64,000 bases of DNA from an uncultured bacterium (GTDB lineage Bacteria > Krumholzibacteriota > Krumholzibacteriia > JACNKJ01): NCBI GenBank assembly GCA_963695095.1, contig CAVOFT010000001.1, positions 1,952,001-2,016,000 on the forward strand. Direction: 5' to 3'. Of this stretch, positions 42,211 through 52,828 are shown one piece after another (the stretch's first letter is position 1; every line of letters begins with the position of its first letter). Position numbers and translations under genes: made by a program. The notes below the pieces were generated by a model. It saw only the letters and a list, made by a program, of their open reading frames with translations. It ran no database searches and was not told where the DNA came from.

Positions 42211-43461
42211 TCAGGCGGAGAGCAGGGATGCGTAGAGGCCCAGCGTTTGCGCGAGCACCGCGTCCGGCGCGAAACGGCTGCGCGCGTCCCGATACGCGGC
42301 CCGACCCCGCTGTTCGCGCGCGGCGGCATCGCTTGCCCAGTCGGCGATCGCCGCCTGGAGGGAATTCGAATCCCCGGCGCGAAAGACCCAGCCCGTCAGG
42401 CCATCCTGGACGAGTTCGGGTGTGCCGCCCAGATCGCTCGCGATGATGGCCCGGCCGAGAGCCAGCGACTCCAGCACGGACAGCGGCGCGTTCTCGTACC
42501 ATTCGCTGGGCAGGACGCAGCCGTCGGCGGCGAGGATGAGGGCAGGCACTTCTGCCCGCGGCTGCCGGCCGAGCCAGCGCAGGCGCTCGCCGAGCCGAAG
42601 CTCGGCGGCCAGGCGCCGCAGCGCCGGCTCCGCAGGGCCGTCGCCGACGAGCTGCAGCTCGATGGGCTGCGGGCAAGCGGCCACCGCCTTCAGCAGGGTG
42701 GCCAGGCCCTTCTCGGCGCTGATCCGGCCCACCCATAGCAAGACCGGGCGAGCTTGCGTGGGCGGTGGCAGGTAAGGCGCCGCCAGCACCTCCGTGGCCA
42801 AGGGGAGCGCATTGGGCAGCCAGCTGATGCGCGCGGCCGGCAGGCCGCCGACGATCATCTGTTCGCGCAGAAAGCGGCTGGGCGCCGTATAGTGCGTGAC
42901 GCCGCGGCGGTAGCTGCCGAGCAGACGATGCAGAACGGCCTCTGCGAAGAGGACGCTGCTGGCTGCGAGCGAGCCATCCTTGCAGCGATGGCCGAGCAGC
43001 GGCAGCGGCCAGCGGCCGCGACAGGCCAGGCAGGGCCGGCCCTCGCGCAGGCAGGTGTAGATCGGGCAGAGCAGCTTGTAGTCGTGCAGGGTGAGCAGGA
43101 CGGGAATGCCCCGCGCCCGCGCGGGACCCAGGATGGCCGGCGTGAGCTGATGGTAGATGTTGTGCGCGTGGATGAGCTGCGGCCGGCGCCGATCCAGGAG
43201 CGCCGCGAAGCGGCGCCGCGCGTCCGCGTTGTACACCGTGCGCAGGGCCTCGCCCGCCTTGCGCGCCAGTGAGCGGGGCGCGTGGTAGTCGATGGCGGGC
43301 ACCCAGAGGTCGGCATCGGGCGAGGGGACATTGCGGGGATCGGCCATGCCGAACAGGCCGACCTCGTGCCCGTCTGCGCGCAGGGCATCCGTCAGACCGA
43401 GGCAGACGATCTCCGCGCCGCCCTTGGGGTAGAGGAACTTGTTCACCTGGAGGATGCGCAT
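42211..43461 (-). CDS. Glycosyltransferase family 4
   Basis: NKFLYPKGGAE, GRISAEKG, PSEWYENAPLSVLE. Confidence 0.9.
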   Translation of the reverse strand: MRILQVNKFLYPKGGAEIVCLGLTDALRADGHEVGLFGMADPRNVPSPDADLWVPAIDYHAPRSLARKAGEALRTVYNADARRRFAALLDRRRPQLIHAHNIYHQLTPAILGPARARGIPVLLTLHDYKLLCPIYTCLREGRPCLACRGRWPLPLLGHRCKDGSLAASSVLFAEAVLHRLLGSYRRGVTHYTAPSRFLREQMIVGGLPAARISWLPNALPLATEVLAAPYLPPPTQARPVLLWVGRISAEKGLATLLKAVAACPQPIELQLVGDGPAEPALRRLAAELRLGERLRWLGRQPRAEVPALILAADGCVLPSEWYENAPLSVLESLALGRAIIASDLGGTPELVQDGLTGWVFRAGDSNSLQAAIADWASDAAAREQRGRAAYRDARSRFAPDAVLAQTLGLYASLLSA

Positions 43462-44549
43462 CAGCCCTGCCCTCCCAGGCGCAGCAGGAGCCGCCGGTAG
43501 CGGGCGGCGAAGCGCGTCGGAGCATGAGCCACCGCCAGCTCTGCGCGGAGCGCGCCGCGCAGGGCGGCCGGCGGCGGGGCGTCCAGGTAGGCGTCGATGG
43601 CCGCGGCCCAGTGCAGCGGATCCTCGCCCGGCAACAGCAGGCCGCGCCCACCGGCCAGGAGGGCCGGCAAGGCCCCGTGGGGCGGCGCGGCCACCGGCAC
43701 CTCGCTCAGCAGGGCCTCGAGCACGCTGAGCGGGAGGGCCTCCTCCTCGCTGCTCAGCACGAAGAGATCGCTGGCGGGCAGGAGCTGAGCGACGTCGTCG
43801 CGCTGGCCGAGCAGGCGTAGCGCATCGCCGAGTCCGAGGGCCGCGGCCTGCGCCTCGAGCGCGGGCCGGGCAGGGCCGTCCCCCACCAGAGTCAGGCGCA
43901 GTGGCCGCCGCGCTCGCAGCAGGGCGAGCACCGTGAGGAGGCGGTCCAGGCGCTTCTCGGGCCGCAGGGCGGCGACGCAGATCAGCTCCTTGCGCGCCGA
44001 GGCTCGTTCCGCCGCGGCCGGCGCGGCGCGGAAGGCCTCCAGCTGCGGCACGGGGTTGGGAATGCGCGTCCAGTCGCCGCGCGCAAGGCCTTCCCGCTCG
44101 ATCAGGGCGGCCTCTTGCCAGGGGCCGAGCGTGGCCAGGTGCGGGCTGAGTCCCAGGAGCAGGCGATTGTAGGGTCGGAAGGCGCGCAGGCGCCCCTGGG
44201 CGGAGCTGTGCACCGGTGAGAGCGCCGGCAGGAAACCCGTCAGCGCGGCCGCCAGCCGTCCCCAGAAGAGACAGTCGTGGTGGTCCTGGATGTACAACAG
44301 GTCCGGCTGTTGCCGTCGCAGCAGCCGCAGGAGGGCGGGCAGCGCCCGCGGGGAACGCGTATCGTCGAGGCCGGCCACCGTCGCCGGCACGCCGGCGGCC
44401 ATCAGCTCCGCGCCAACGGAGCCGGGCGACTTCAGGAAGCAGAGGTGGAGGGAATCGCCGGCCTCGTGCAAAGCCAGCAAGAGGCTGGCCAGCACCCGCT
44501 CACCGCCGCCAAGGGCGAGCGTCGACGCCAGCACGAGCAGGCGCTGCAC
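43461..44549 (-). CDS. Glycosyltransferase family 4
   Basis: GGGERV, ALRPEKR, SSEEEALPLSVLEA. Confidence 0.85.
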   Translation of the reverse strand: MQRLLVLASTLALGGGERVLASLLLALHEAGDSLHLCFLKSPGSVGAELMAAGVPATVAGLDDTRSPRALPALLRLLRRQQPDLLYIQDHHDCLFWGRLAAALTGFLPALSPVHSSAQGRLRAFRPYNRLLLGLSPHLATLGPWQEAALIEREGLARGDWTRIPNPVPQLEAFRAAPAAAERASARKELICVAALRPEKRLDRLLTVLALLRARRPLRLTLVGDGPARPALEAQAAALGLGDALRLLGQRDDVAQLLPASDLFVLSSEEEALPLSVLEALLSEVPVAAPPHGALPALLAGGRGLLLPGEDPLHWAAAIDAYLDAPPPAALRGALRAELAVAHAPTRFAARYRRLLLRLGGQG

Positions 44550-44556
44550 GGACAGC

Positions 44557-45198
44557 TCAGGACGGCGGTTCGTAGGGCCGCTCGCGCAGGTTGACGGGAC
44601 AGCCGAGTGCGTAGATCGACCTCCCCACCCGGGCCGGGTTGCCATAGACCACGGTCTCCGGAGGCACGTCGCGCGTGACCACGGACCCGCTGCCCACCAG
44701 CGCGCGCGCACCGATCCGCACCATCGGCAGGATGGTGACATTGACCCCGATCTGGGCGCCCGCCTCGATGATGGGTCCGCGCATGCACTCGCCCGACTGT
44801 GGACAGCCCGGATGCGGGTCGTTGGCGATGGTGACGCCCGGCGCCAGGAAGGCGCCGTCCCCGATCTCCGTGAATTGCGCAATGTAGCAGTTGCTGTGGA
44901 TCTTCACCCCGTTGCCGATGCGGCAGCCATAGTCGATCACGGTGTTGTTCCACACCGCCAGGCGCTCGCCGATCTCGTTCTGTTCGCGGATGACGACGTG
45001 GTGGCCGGTTTCGAGACCCGCGCCGATGCGGCTCCCTTGATAGATCACGGTGCCCGAGCGCAGGTAGGCGCCGGCGCCGATCACGAGCTCGAGCGCAACG
45101 CCCTTCCGCCCGGTCGGATAGCCGAGCAACACGCCCGCATCGAGATGGCGGGGCGAGTCCAGGCGCACGTATTCGGGGATCCGCAGCTCGTCCGGCAC
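44557..45198 (-). CDS. Hexapeptide-repeat sugar N-acetyltransferase (WbpD-like)
   Basis: LbH repeats; GSGSVVTRDVPPETVVYGNPAR. Confidence 0.88.
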   Translation of the reverse strand: MPDELRIPEYVRLDSPRHLDAGVLLGYPTGRKGVALELVIGAGAYLRSGTVIYQGSRIGAGLETGHHVVIREQNEIGERLAVWNNTVIDYGCRIGNGVKIHSNCYIAQFTEIGDGAFLAPGVTIANDPHPGCPQSGECMRGPIIEAGAQIGVNVTILPMVRIGARALVGSGSVVTRDVPPETVVYGNPARVGRSIYALGCPVNLRERPYEPPS

Positions 45199-45212
45199 GG
45201 CAGGCTCCCAGG

Positions 45213-46244
45213 CTAGAAGGCGCGGCTGAGATTGTACTCGATTTCGACGCTGCGTCCACCCTCGCGCATCGACGCGCAACCGGCTTCCAGGGCGCAGACG
45301 ACCTGGTGGCCATGCTCGAGACCGGACCGGCAAGGCAAGCCCTGGCGGATGCACTCCACGAAATGCGCGGTCTCGGCCTTCAGCGGCTCGCCGTCATCGA
45401 GCTTGGGGATGTGGATGTCCCCGAAGCGATAGGCGAGCTGGAACTCGCCGAAGGTGTCGTAGTGGCGATGCACGTCCACGCCCTTGTCGTAGACGCGGAT
45501 CTTCTCGATGTTCGATGTATCGTCGTAGACGAGCATCTTCTTGGAGCCCACCACGGTCGTGCGGCGGATCTTGTTCGGATCCAGCCAGCTGACGTGGATG
45601 TTGGCCAGCCGCCCGCCGGGAAAGCCGTAGGTCAGGAAAGCGACGTCCTCGATACCCGGCTGGATGTAGCTGTGGCCGACACCCTGCACGCGCTCCGGCT
45701 CGGCCTCGAGCAGATAGGTGAAGATGGACAGGTCGTGGGGCGCGAGGTCCCAGACGACGTTGATATCGTCCTGGAAGAGGCCCAGATTAACGCGCGTGGC
45801 ACTGATGTAGTAGACCTCGCCCAGCTCGCCGGAATCGAGCAGCTCCTTGATCTTGAGCACGGCGGGCGAGTAGATGAAGGTGTGGCCGACCATCCCGACC
45901 AGGTTCTTCTCGCGGGCGGTCTTAACGAGCTGCAGGCTGGCTTCGGCGCTGTTCGTCAGCGGCTTCTCGACGAACACGTGCTTGCCGGCCGCGAGCGCCT
46001 CCCCGGCCAGCTTGGCATGGCTGGTCACCGGCGTGGCGATCACGATGGCATCGATACCGGGATCGTCCATCAGCACCCGGTAGTCCTGCGTCGTTTCCAG
46101 ATAGGGGTACAGCTTCTCCATGTGCTGGAGTCGCTCCCGCGAGAGATCGCTGACCCTGGTGACGCGCGCGCCGGGCAGATTCACGAAGTTGCGGACAAGG
46201 TTGGGTCCCCAGTAGCCGGCGCCGATGACGCCCAGGGTGATCAT
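45213..46244 (-). CDS. Gfo/Idh/MocA oxidoreductase (WbpB-like)
   Basis: GAGYWGPN, GKHVFVEKP, WDLAPHD. Confidence 0.9.
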   Translation of the reverse strand: MITLGVIGAGYWGPNLVRNFVNLPGARVTRVSDLSRERLQHMEKLYPYLETTQDYRVLMDDPGIDAIVIATPVTSHAKLAGEALAAGKHVFVEKPLTNSAEASLQLVKTAREKNLVGMVGHTFIYSPAVLKIKELLDSGELGEVYYISATRVNLGLFQDDINVVWDLAPHDLSIFTYLLEAEPERVQGVGHSYIQPGIEDVAFLTYGFPGGRLANIHVSWLDPNKIRRTTVVGSKKMLVYDDTSNIEKIRVYDKGVDVHRHYDTFGEFQLAYRFGDIHIPKLDDGEPLKAETAHFVECIRQGLPCRSGLEHGHQVVCALEAGCASMREGGRSVEIEYNLSRAF

Positions 46245-46335
46245 GCGCTTGCCTCCATGGCGGGCCGGGCCGTTGCCGCTCCGGACCGCTCCGCACTAGA
46301 GCCGTTCATGCCAGGGGTTATAGCAAGATCGGCGC

Positions 46336-47064
46336 TCAATAGCCGCCAACGCCGAAAACGACGACGGGGATCGTCCTCAGCAGGATCTTCAGGTCGAGCA
46401 GGAAGGACCAGTGCTCCATGTAGTGGATGTCCAACATGACCATTTCGTCGAAGGGCACCTGGCTGCGGCCACTTACCTGCCAGAGGCCGGTGATCCCCGG
46501 CTTCGCCTGCAGTCGCTGCTTGTGCCACTCCTGGTAGTAGTCCACCTCGTACTCGATGGGAGGCCGCGGGCCGACGAGGCTCATGTCCCCCCGGAGCACG
46601 TTGAAGAGCTGGGGCAGTTCGTCCAGGCTGCTCTTGCGCAGGAAGCGCCCGAGGGGCGTAACGCGCGGATCGGCCGTCAGCTTGAAGGCTCGGCCGCCCT
46701 CCCGCTTTGCCCAGCCGTTGATGAGTCGCTCCGAATAGGCCCGGTGGATGGAATCGTCGTTGCGATGCACCATCGTTCGGAACTTGTAGAAATCGAAGCG
46801 CCTGCCGTCCACCCCCACGCGGCGCTGCGTGTAGATCGCCGGGCCGCGCGAACTCAGCCGCGTGGCGAGGTAGAGCGCCAGGAACAAGGGGGAAAGTAGC
46901 AGAATCCCGATCGCGGCCACGGTAGCGTCAAACGTCCGCTTGGCGAGGATCCCTCGCTGGTAGGCGCTGGCAGCTGCAGGTGACCAAATCAGCGTCAGCT
47001 GGGGGTGTAGGGCAACCCCATAGGCCTCCGCTGCGGAGCCGGCCACCATCGAAGTCTTTTTCAA
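46336..47064 (-). CDS. Polyprenyl-phosphate sugar-1-phosphate transferase (priming transferase)
   Basis: [33 protein letters not shown]. Confidence 0.92.
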   Translation of the reverse strand: MKKTSMVAGSAAEAYGVALHPQLTLIWSPAAASAYQRGILAKRTFDATVAAIGILLLSPLFLALYLATRLSSRGPAIYTQRRVGVDGRRFDFYKFRTMVHRNDDSIHRAYSERLINGWAKREGGRAFKLTADPRVTPLGRFLRKSSLDELPQLFNVLRGDMSLVGPRPPIEYEVDYYQEWHKQRLQAKPGITGLWQVSGRSQVPFDEMVMLDIHYMEHWSFLLDLKILLRTIPVVVFGVGGY

Positions 47065-47220
47065 GCTCGAACTCCTCGATGAACAGCTGAGATGCGATTC
47101 AAGCCTGGCAGAACTAGGCGTTAGCGATCAGGCGATCGGGCCTCCTTGGCTCAGGGGACTGTCACATGGGGATGTCTTTTCCTCCGGTCGCCGTCGAGTA
47201 TAGCATAGCCTTCCGAACGA

Positions 47221-48390
47221 CTACCAGAGCAAAGGAGCGTTTCCACGGGCGCCGGCCCCCAGGCCGCGGCGGCTACCAGTTCGCATCTTGCTGGTATTCA
47301 AGAGGATAGCTTCCCAGCTGGCGGTGAGCGCCGCAGGATTGTGCCTGCTGCGCAGATACTCCTGCGCGCGGCGCCGGCGCTCACCGAGCGGCGCCGGGGC
47401 GGCGCTCAGGGATTCGCAGAGCCTTTCGCGCAGCCCCGACAGCGTCGGCGCCGTCAGTCCCAGGGCGGCATCCCCGAAGAGACCGTCCGGATCGACGCTG
47501 GCGACCACATCCAGACCCTGCTGCCAGGCCGCCAACACGGTATTGGGGAAGCCCTCGTGCGCCGATGTGATGAGCAAGACCCGACAGCGCCGGTAGACCT
47601 CCGGCAGCGCGGCGGGCGGAACCGCCCCCAGGTAGTCCACATTGGGCAGCGCGCGCAGCGCCGCCTGGATGCCCCGCGCATAGTGCTCATGTCCCCGCGC
47701 CTCCCCGCCGAAGACGACGAACTGCTGCTGCGGTAGGCTGGCCGCCAGGCTGAGTAGCCATTCGGGTCGCTTCACCGCGCGCAGGTTGCCGCCCCAGAGC
47801 ACCGCCGTTCCCGCCGGGCTCGCCTGGGCCCGCGCGGGGTCCAGCTCGGGGAAGGAGCGGACGACGGTCCCCTCCCGCCCGATCGCTCGCCGGAGTGCCC
47901 GCTGCTGGCCCTGCGTCTGGACGACCAGGTGGTCCGCCCCGGCCAGACCCAGGCGGTGCAGCACGCGATCCTGCGGATGCGGGAGCAACTCGCTGCCGGC
48001 CTCCAGGTCGCTGTCGCTCGCGACGGCAAAGACGAAGCCGATGCCAAGCAGGCGGGTCGCCAGCCAGCCGAGCCCCGTCAGCTCGGCGGCGCCGCGCTGC
48101 AGGAGCACGTCGCTGCCGCGGGCGCGCAGGAAGGCGACGAGGGCGCTGCCCTTCGGATGCAGCAACTTGACCAGGGGCAGGCCGCCCCGCGGGTAGATTG
48201 GCCAAAGCCGGCAGCCCTCCGGGGCGCCGGCCGCCTCCTCATCCTGACTGACGATGACGTCCACGCGATGCCCGCGGGCGGCCAGCGCCCGCCCCAGCGC
48301 GACGAGCTGCCGCTCCGCGCCCCCTTGCCCCTGGGCCGCCTCATCGCGAAAGGCGGCGCCGGCCGTCGGCGCCAGGATGGCCAGTCTCAC
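47221..48390 (-). CDS. Glycosyltransferase family 4
   Basis: GGAERQ, KRPEW, SAHEGFPNTVL. Confidence 0.85.
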   Translation of the reverse strand: MRLAILAPTAGAAFRDEAAQGQGGAERQLVALGRALAARGHRVDVIVSQDEEAAGAPEGCRLWPIYPRGGLPLVKLLHPKGSALVAFLRARGSDVLLQRGAAELTGLGWLATRLLGIGFVFAVASDSDLEAGSELLPHPQDRVLHRLGLAGADHLVVQTQGQQRALRRAIGREGTVVRSFPELDPARAQASPAGTAVLWGGNLRAVKRPEWLLSLAASLPQQQFVVFGGEARGHEHYARGIQAALRALPNVDYLGAVPPAALPEVYRRCRVLLITSAHEGFPNTVLAAWQQGLDVVASVDPDGLFGDAALGLTAPTLSGLRERLCESLSAAPAPLGERRRRAQEYLRSRHNPAALTASWEAILLNTSKMRTGSRRGLGAGARGNAPLLW

Positions 48391-49877
48391 GCGCCCGGCT
48401 TGCGCGCGAGTTGCGCGGGAATGGCGCTCCGCCGGACGGGCCGAGCGCAGTCCTGGAACATGACGCCCGCGAGGAGGAAGAGCAGAATCGCCGAGTACTC
48501 CGCGTGGAAGATCTGGTCGGTTGTCAGCGCTTGCACGTACTGCGTCAGGAAGACACCGACGAAGACCATCACTTCCATCCTGCCGATGCTCGGGTGGATC
48601 AGCTGCCCGTTGAGCAGATGGACCACGCGCCGCACCATCAGGAAGAGCATGGCCACGTACAGGATGACCAAGAACGGCCCCCCCTCCACCCACATGCGGA
48701 TGTAGGAATTGTGCGCGGAAGTGATGTTGTGGGCGAACTCCGTCGTCACGGTGTTGCCATGGAAGGTGAAGTACTTCGTGTAGTAGTGCCCGAACCAGCC
48801 GAAACCCGTCCCCAACACGGGGAAGCGCTTCGCCATTTCCCAGGCCGTCAGCCAGACGATGTAGCGGTCGTTCACGGTGCGCGAGTTCGCCAGCCGTTCC
48901 TGGAAGACGCTCGACTCCGCGATGTGCTGCCAGTTGAAGGCCACCGCGACGGTGGACACCGCGATCAGCAAGATCAGCGGCCGCCGAAAGCGCTTCTCGA
49001 CCAGGCCCAGGAAGACCAGCGTGGCGAAGTAGCCCATCCAGACCGAGCGGCGGTAGGTCCAGTAGGTCACGAAGGTGTGGATGACCAGGATGATGAAGGC
49101 CGCCACCCGGCTCAGCGGCCGCCGCGCGCTGAACATCTGGTAGAAGAAGAAGACGATGCCCCCCACCATCACCGTGCCCAGCACCTGCGGGCTTTCGAAG
49201 GGGCCCTGGATGCGATCCGCCAGCGCGCCCTCCTGCTGCCAGCTCAGCTCGCCCGTGGCGGTGAAGAAGCTGTACTCGGTGTAGTGCTCCTGAAAGCCCA
49301 GCACGGCGCAGTAGAGCGTGACGATGCCGATGGTCCAGACCAGGGGGCGGATCTCGCGCTGCGAGGTGAGCAGGTTCTTCGCCAGGAAGAAGACGATGAA
49401 GGGAGCCAGGATCTGGTCGAAGATCTGCTGGGCGGCCGTGATCGGGTCGAAGCCGCGAAAGATGCCAGGCAAGAGCAGCACGAAGATGGCGAGCAGGATC
49501 CAATCCATCGGCACCATCCGGTGCAGGCTGCGCATGCGCACGGCCACCTGGAAGAGCAGCACCATGAACAGCAAGAGCGAGGCGACCCGGTCGATGGTGA
49601 TATCGGGAATGCCCGCGCCCATGTCGACGCGAATGAAGTTCGCCAGGATCGGCGTCGATCCGATCCAGATCAGGAACACCAGCATGGTGTTCCTGACCAC
49701 CGCGTACAGCACGAAGGGGATCGTCGCCACGACCAGGATCTGGATCCACTCCCCGGCGAAGAAGGCGATTCCGAGCAGGAGGCCGATGCTCGCGGCGATG
49801 AGGAGGGTGGCGTCGAAAGGCAGCCAGCCATCGAGACGGCGCCAGAGGGAGGGCTTCTGGAAGACAACCCGGTACAT
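48387..49877 (-). CDS. O-antigen ligase/Wzy polymerase family
   Basis: About 11 TM helices, RIQGPF, AHNSYI. Confidence 0.85.
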   Translation of the reverse strand: MYRVVFQKPSLWRRLDGWLPFDATLLIAASIGLLLGIAFFAGEWIQILVVATIPFVLYAVVRNTMLVFLIWIGSTPILANFIRVDMGAGIPDITIDRVASLLLFMVLLFQVAVRMRSLHRMVPMDWILLAIFVLLLPGIFRGFDPITAAQQIFDQILAPFIVFFLAKNLLTSQREIRPLVWTIGIVTLYCAVLGFQEHYTEYSFFTATGELSWQQEGALADRIQGPFESPQVLGTVMVGGIVFFFYQMFSARRPLSRVAAFIILVIHTFVTYWTYRRSVWMGYFATLVFLGLVEKRFRRPLILLIAVSTVAVAFNWQHIAESSVFQERLANSRTVNDRYIVWLTAWEMAKRFPVLGTGFGWFGHYYTKYFTFHGNTVTTEFAHNITSAHNSYIRMWVEGGPFLVILYVAMLFLMVRRVVHLLNGQLIHPSIGRMEVMVFVGVFLTQYVQALTTDQIFHAEYSAILLFLLAGVMFQDCARPVRRSAIPAQLARKPGA

Positions 49878-49878
49878 G

Positions 49879-50553
49879 CTAGAGCCGTCGATAGAGGAAG
49901 TCGGGAATCGGGTAGTCCTGCTTGTTGAAGATCAGGCCCGTGATGGGGATTCCCGCCGCTCTGAATCCGCGCAGGGTCTGCTGCATGATCTCCCGCTTCG
50001 TTCGCCGGTAGCTGGCCAGCAACAGGACCGCATCACTGCGCCGCGCCCACAGCTCGACGTACTTGTCGCAGCCGGGCCGGCCATTGAAGACCACCGCGCG
50101 GTAGTACCGTGTGGCATCGGCCACGAAGGCGTCGGCCCGCTCTTCCGCCAACTTGACGAAGCTGCGGGGCAGGCGCCCGGCATGGACGGCAGCGAGGTCG
50201 ATCAACTCCGTCGCGAAGGGCAGCATCTTGAAATCCACTTCTCCACGCAGATACTCGCTGAGCCCTTGCTCGGGCAGGCCGGCCGTATCGCGGATCGTGG
50301 GGCGGATGATATCCCCGTCCACGAACAGGCACTCCTCGCCCTCGCGCATCGCCAAGTAGTAGGCAAGGCCCCAGCTCACGGTGCTGACGCCCTCACCCTG
50401 CCCACTGGCGCCCATGTAGATGAAGGGCCGCTTCGCGTCCAGCATCGGGCGCAGGGCGGAGTAGAGCGCTTCCAATTCGGGCAGCACCCGCGGGTGGAAG
50501 TGGCCGGGCTCCGGTCGCTGGCCGGCGCTGCTCTCCTTGATGAAGTGCTTCAT
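49879..50553 (-). CDS. CpsD/CapB-like tyrosine-kinase domain protein with degenerate Walker A
   Basis: GASGQGEGVST, FVDGDIIRP, GLSEYL, GLIFN. Confidence 0.75.
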   Translation of the reverse strand: MKHFIKESSAGQRPEPGHFHPRVLPELEALYSALRPMLDAKRPFIYMGASGQGEGVSTVSWGLAYYLAMREGEECLFVDGDIIRPTIRDTAGLPEQGLSEYLRGEVDFKMLPFATELIDLAAVHAGRLPRSFVKLAEERADAFVADATRYYRAVVFNGRPGCDKYVELWARRSDAVLLLASYRRTKREIMQQTLRGFRAAGIPITGLIFNKQDYPIPDFLYRRL

Positions 50554-50561
50554 GCCTCCCC

Positions 50562-51950
50562 TCAGAGCTTCCTGAAGCTGGCCAGCACCGGCAGACCGGT
50601 GAGGTCTTCCAGCTCTGCGCGCTTCTGGAAGGTATGGGTGGTCGCTTCCTTCATGAAGGCGATGGCGACCGCCAGGATGAGTGCGAAGAGGGGAGCGACG
50701 ACCGCGTGCACGACCTTCGGCGTCAGTCCCTCGATGCCGCCGATCACCGGCGGCCCCAGCTGGATGATCTGGTTTTCCAGGAGCGACTGCGCTTCACTGG
50801 CCTGGGTATCGCTGTACTTCGTCACCAGCTCGCCATAGAGGCGCCATTGCTGATCGATGTAGGCATCGAAGTACTCGAGCTTGGCGGCATTGGCGGGAAT
50901 GTGCTCGAGCTGACTCTGGAAACCCGCGATCGCGTCATCCAGGATCGCCTCGCCGGCGCGCATGTCGAGCAGGCGGGCTTCGTGCTGCCTGACCACGTCA
51001 ATCAGGCTGCCGGCGAATTCCCGCTCGGCGATGGCCAGCTCCTCGCGCTTGAGGCGGACCAGACGGTGCTCGCTCGTGTAGCGAGCCTCCAGTTCGGCCA
51101 GATCCAGCCGCAGGTCGCTGACGACGAATTCGAGCTTGCTGACCAGCCGGTCATCGCGCAGGGTCGCCGGCAGCACGGCGCTTTCCGGCGCGGCCAGGTA
51201 CTGGCGCTCCTGGGCGATCTCCTGCTCGAAGATGCCGCGGTCGATGCGCCGCTTGGCGCGATCGCGGCTGAGCTGCGCCACCGTCTCCGCCAACGAGATT
51301 TCTTGGTGCGACCAGTTGTAGAGCTCGGTCCCCTCCTGCAATTCGGCCTTGGCGTCCTTTGCCGTGCGAATCCGCTCTTCGACGGACTGCAAAGCCTCTT
51401 CGAAGTAGGTGCGGCCGTGGCTCTCGCGGGAGACGCGCCGGAACTCCTCCAGGAAGCTGCGTCCGTAGATGTCCGCGATGGCAATGGCCGTGTCCGCATC
51501 CGCGTCCCGGACCAGGATGTTGATGATGTCGGTCTCCTGGACAGGCAAGACTTCCACCATCGTGGCCAGGCCGGCGGCGATCTCCTGCGTGCGCGACAGC
51601 GGCGGATCGCCCCAGCCCCGCAGTGCGTCGAACTGCCGCGCCGCCACCGTCAGGACGCCCTGGCTGCGGCCCATCTCCGCGATGGAGTTGATCTCCTCTT
51701 CCCACTCGAGGCGCCCGATGTAGCGGATGGCGGCCTGCTGCGGGAGCGATCGATTGACGAAGAACTTCACCGAGGCGATGTAGAGCCGCTCGCGCAGGGC
51801 CAGGCCCCAGAGAATCGCGGCCAGGAGCACGATGAACGAGCCGATCACGGTCCACTTGTGCAGGAAGAGAACCATGTAGAACTCGCGCAGCGAGACCTGG
51901 TGCGCAACTGGCGGCTGGATGTGGATGACAGGGGTTTCTGGCGCGTCCAT
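50562..51950 (-). CDS. Polysaccharide co-polymerase (GumC/Wzz-like)
   Basis: Two TM helices flanking a coiled coil; ELEDLTGLPVLASF end. Confidence 0.82.
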   Translation of the reverse strand: MDAPETPVIHIQPPVAHQVSLREFYMVLFLHKWTVIGSFIVLLAAILWGLALRERLYIASVKFFVNRSLPQQAAIRYIGRLEWEEEINSIAEMGRSQGVLTVAARQFDALRGWGDPPLSRTQEIAAGLATMVEVLPVQETDIINILVRDADADTAIAIADIYGRSFLEEFRRVSRESHGRTYFEEALQSVEERIRTAKDAKAELQEGTELYNWSHQEISLAETVAQLSRDRAKRRIDRGIFEQEIAQERQYLAAPESAVLPATLRDDRLVSKLEFVVSDLRLDLAELEARYTSEHRLVRLKREELAIAEREFAGSLIDVVRQHEARLLDMRAGEAILDDAIAGFQSQLEHIPANAAKLEYFDAYIDQQWRLYGELVTKYSDTQASEAQSLLENQIIQLGPPVIGGIEGLTPKVVHAVVAPLFALILAVAIAFMKEATTHTFQKRAELEDLTGLPVLASFRKL

Positions 51951-51963
51951 GGCTGTCCACCGG

Positions 51964-52728
51964 TTAATTCTGGTAGTAGAGCTCCAGCTCCTTCTGGAGA
52001 GCGTTCATCAACAGAACGCCATCCAGTCCGAAGCGCAACATCACCATGTTGTTCCCGAAGGCCGCCATCATGAAGTCGCGGACATTCGCGACTCGGCTCC
52101 TCGGCACGACGACGATGTCATAGCGCTGGAGCGGGAGGTCCGGCAGCACCGACTTCCCCTCCAGCAACTTGGCGAAGTCCACCTCGAAGACCTGCGCGTC
52201 CGCGCCTGGATTGCGGCGGATCACGAGGATCTGCTTCTTCTGGCCGTCGCGCGTGAGGCCGCCACAGGCCGAGAGCACCCCCGCCAAGGTCAGCGGCTCG
52301 GCGCTGGCCAGCATCGGATTGCGCACTTCGCCCAGTACGAAGACGTGCTGGCTCCCCATCTCGACGAGGTGGATGAAGGTCTGAGGATCCACCAGGTAGT
52401 GGGCGAGCTTGCTCTCGACCTCCATCTTGAGCTGCTCCAGGGTCAGGCCCGCGGCCAGCAGCGGCTCATCGACCAGCGGCAGGAGCAGGCGTCCGTCCGG
52501 GGTCACCTTCGCGTTCGTGTCGAGCGCGCTCTCCCCGAGGAAGGTGATGCGCAGGAGATCGCCCGGTCCGAGGACATAGCGGGGCTGGGGCAGACGCACC
52601 GTGTCCTGGCCTGCCGACGTCGTTTCCGGCAGGGTCCGCATCTGGACCAAGGGGCGTTGCGAACCGCAGCCACCCAGCAGCCCCTGGCAGAGCATCCCGA
52701 TTGCGATCCATGCATGTAACTTGTTCAT
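51964..52728 (-). CDS. Polysaccharide export lipoprotein (Wza/SLBB)
   Basis: Lipobox LLGGC, YVLGPGDLL, VTPDGR, VLGEVRNP. Confidence 0.88.
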   Translation of the reverse strand: MNKLHAWIAIGMLCQGLLGGCGSQRPLVQMRTLPETTSAGQDTVRLPQPRYVLGPGDLLRITFLGESALDTNAKVTPDGRLLLPLVDEPLLAAGLTLEQLKMEVESKLAHYLVDPQTFIHLVEMGSQHVFVLGEVRNPMLASAEPLTLAGVLSACGGLTRDGQKKQILVIRRNPGADAQVFEVDFAKLLEGKSVLPDLPLQRYDIVVVPRSRVANVRDFMMAAFGNNMVMLRFGLDGVLLMNALQKELELYYQN

Positions 52729-52799
52729 ATGCAATCCATTGCGTATCATCCCGCGATCCCGGCAGCACTGGAACGGGTCAGGCTCGGGACGAGGGAAGC

Positions 52800-52816
52800 T
52801 GCAAGTGGAATGCCAG
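52800..52816 (-). promoter_or_regulatory. Putative sigma54 promoter upstream of wza
   Basis: CTGGCATT-CCAC-TTGCA. Confidence 0.6.
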
Positions 52817-52828
52817 CCATCCCTCGCA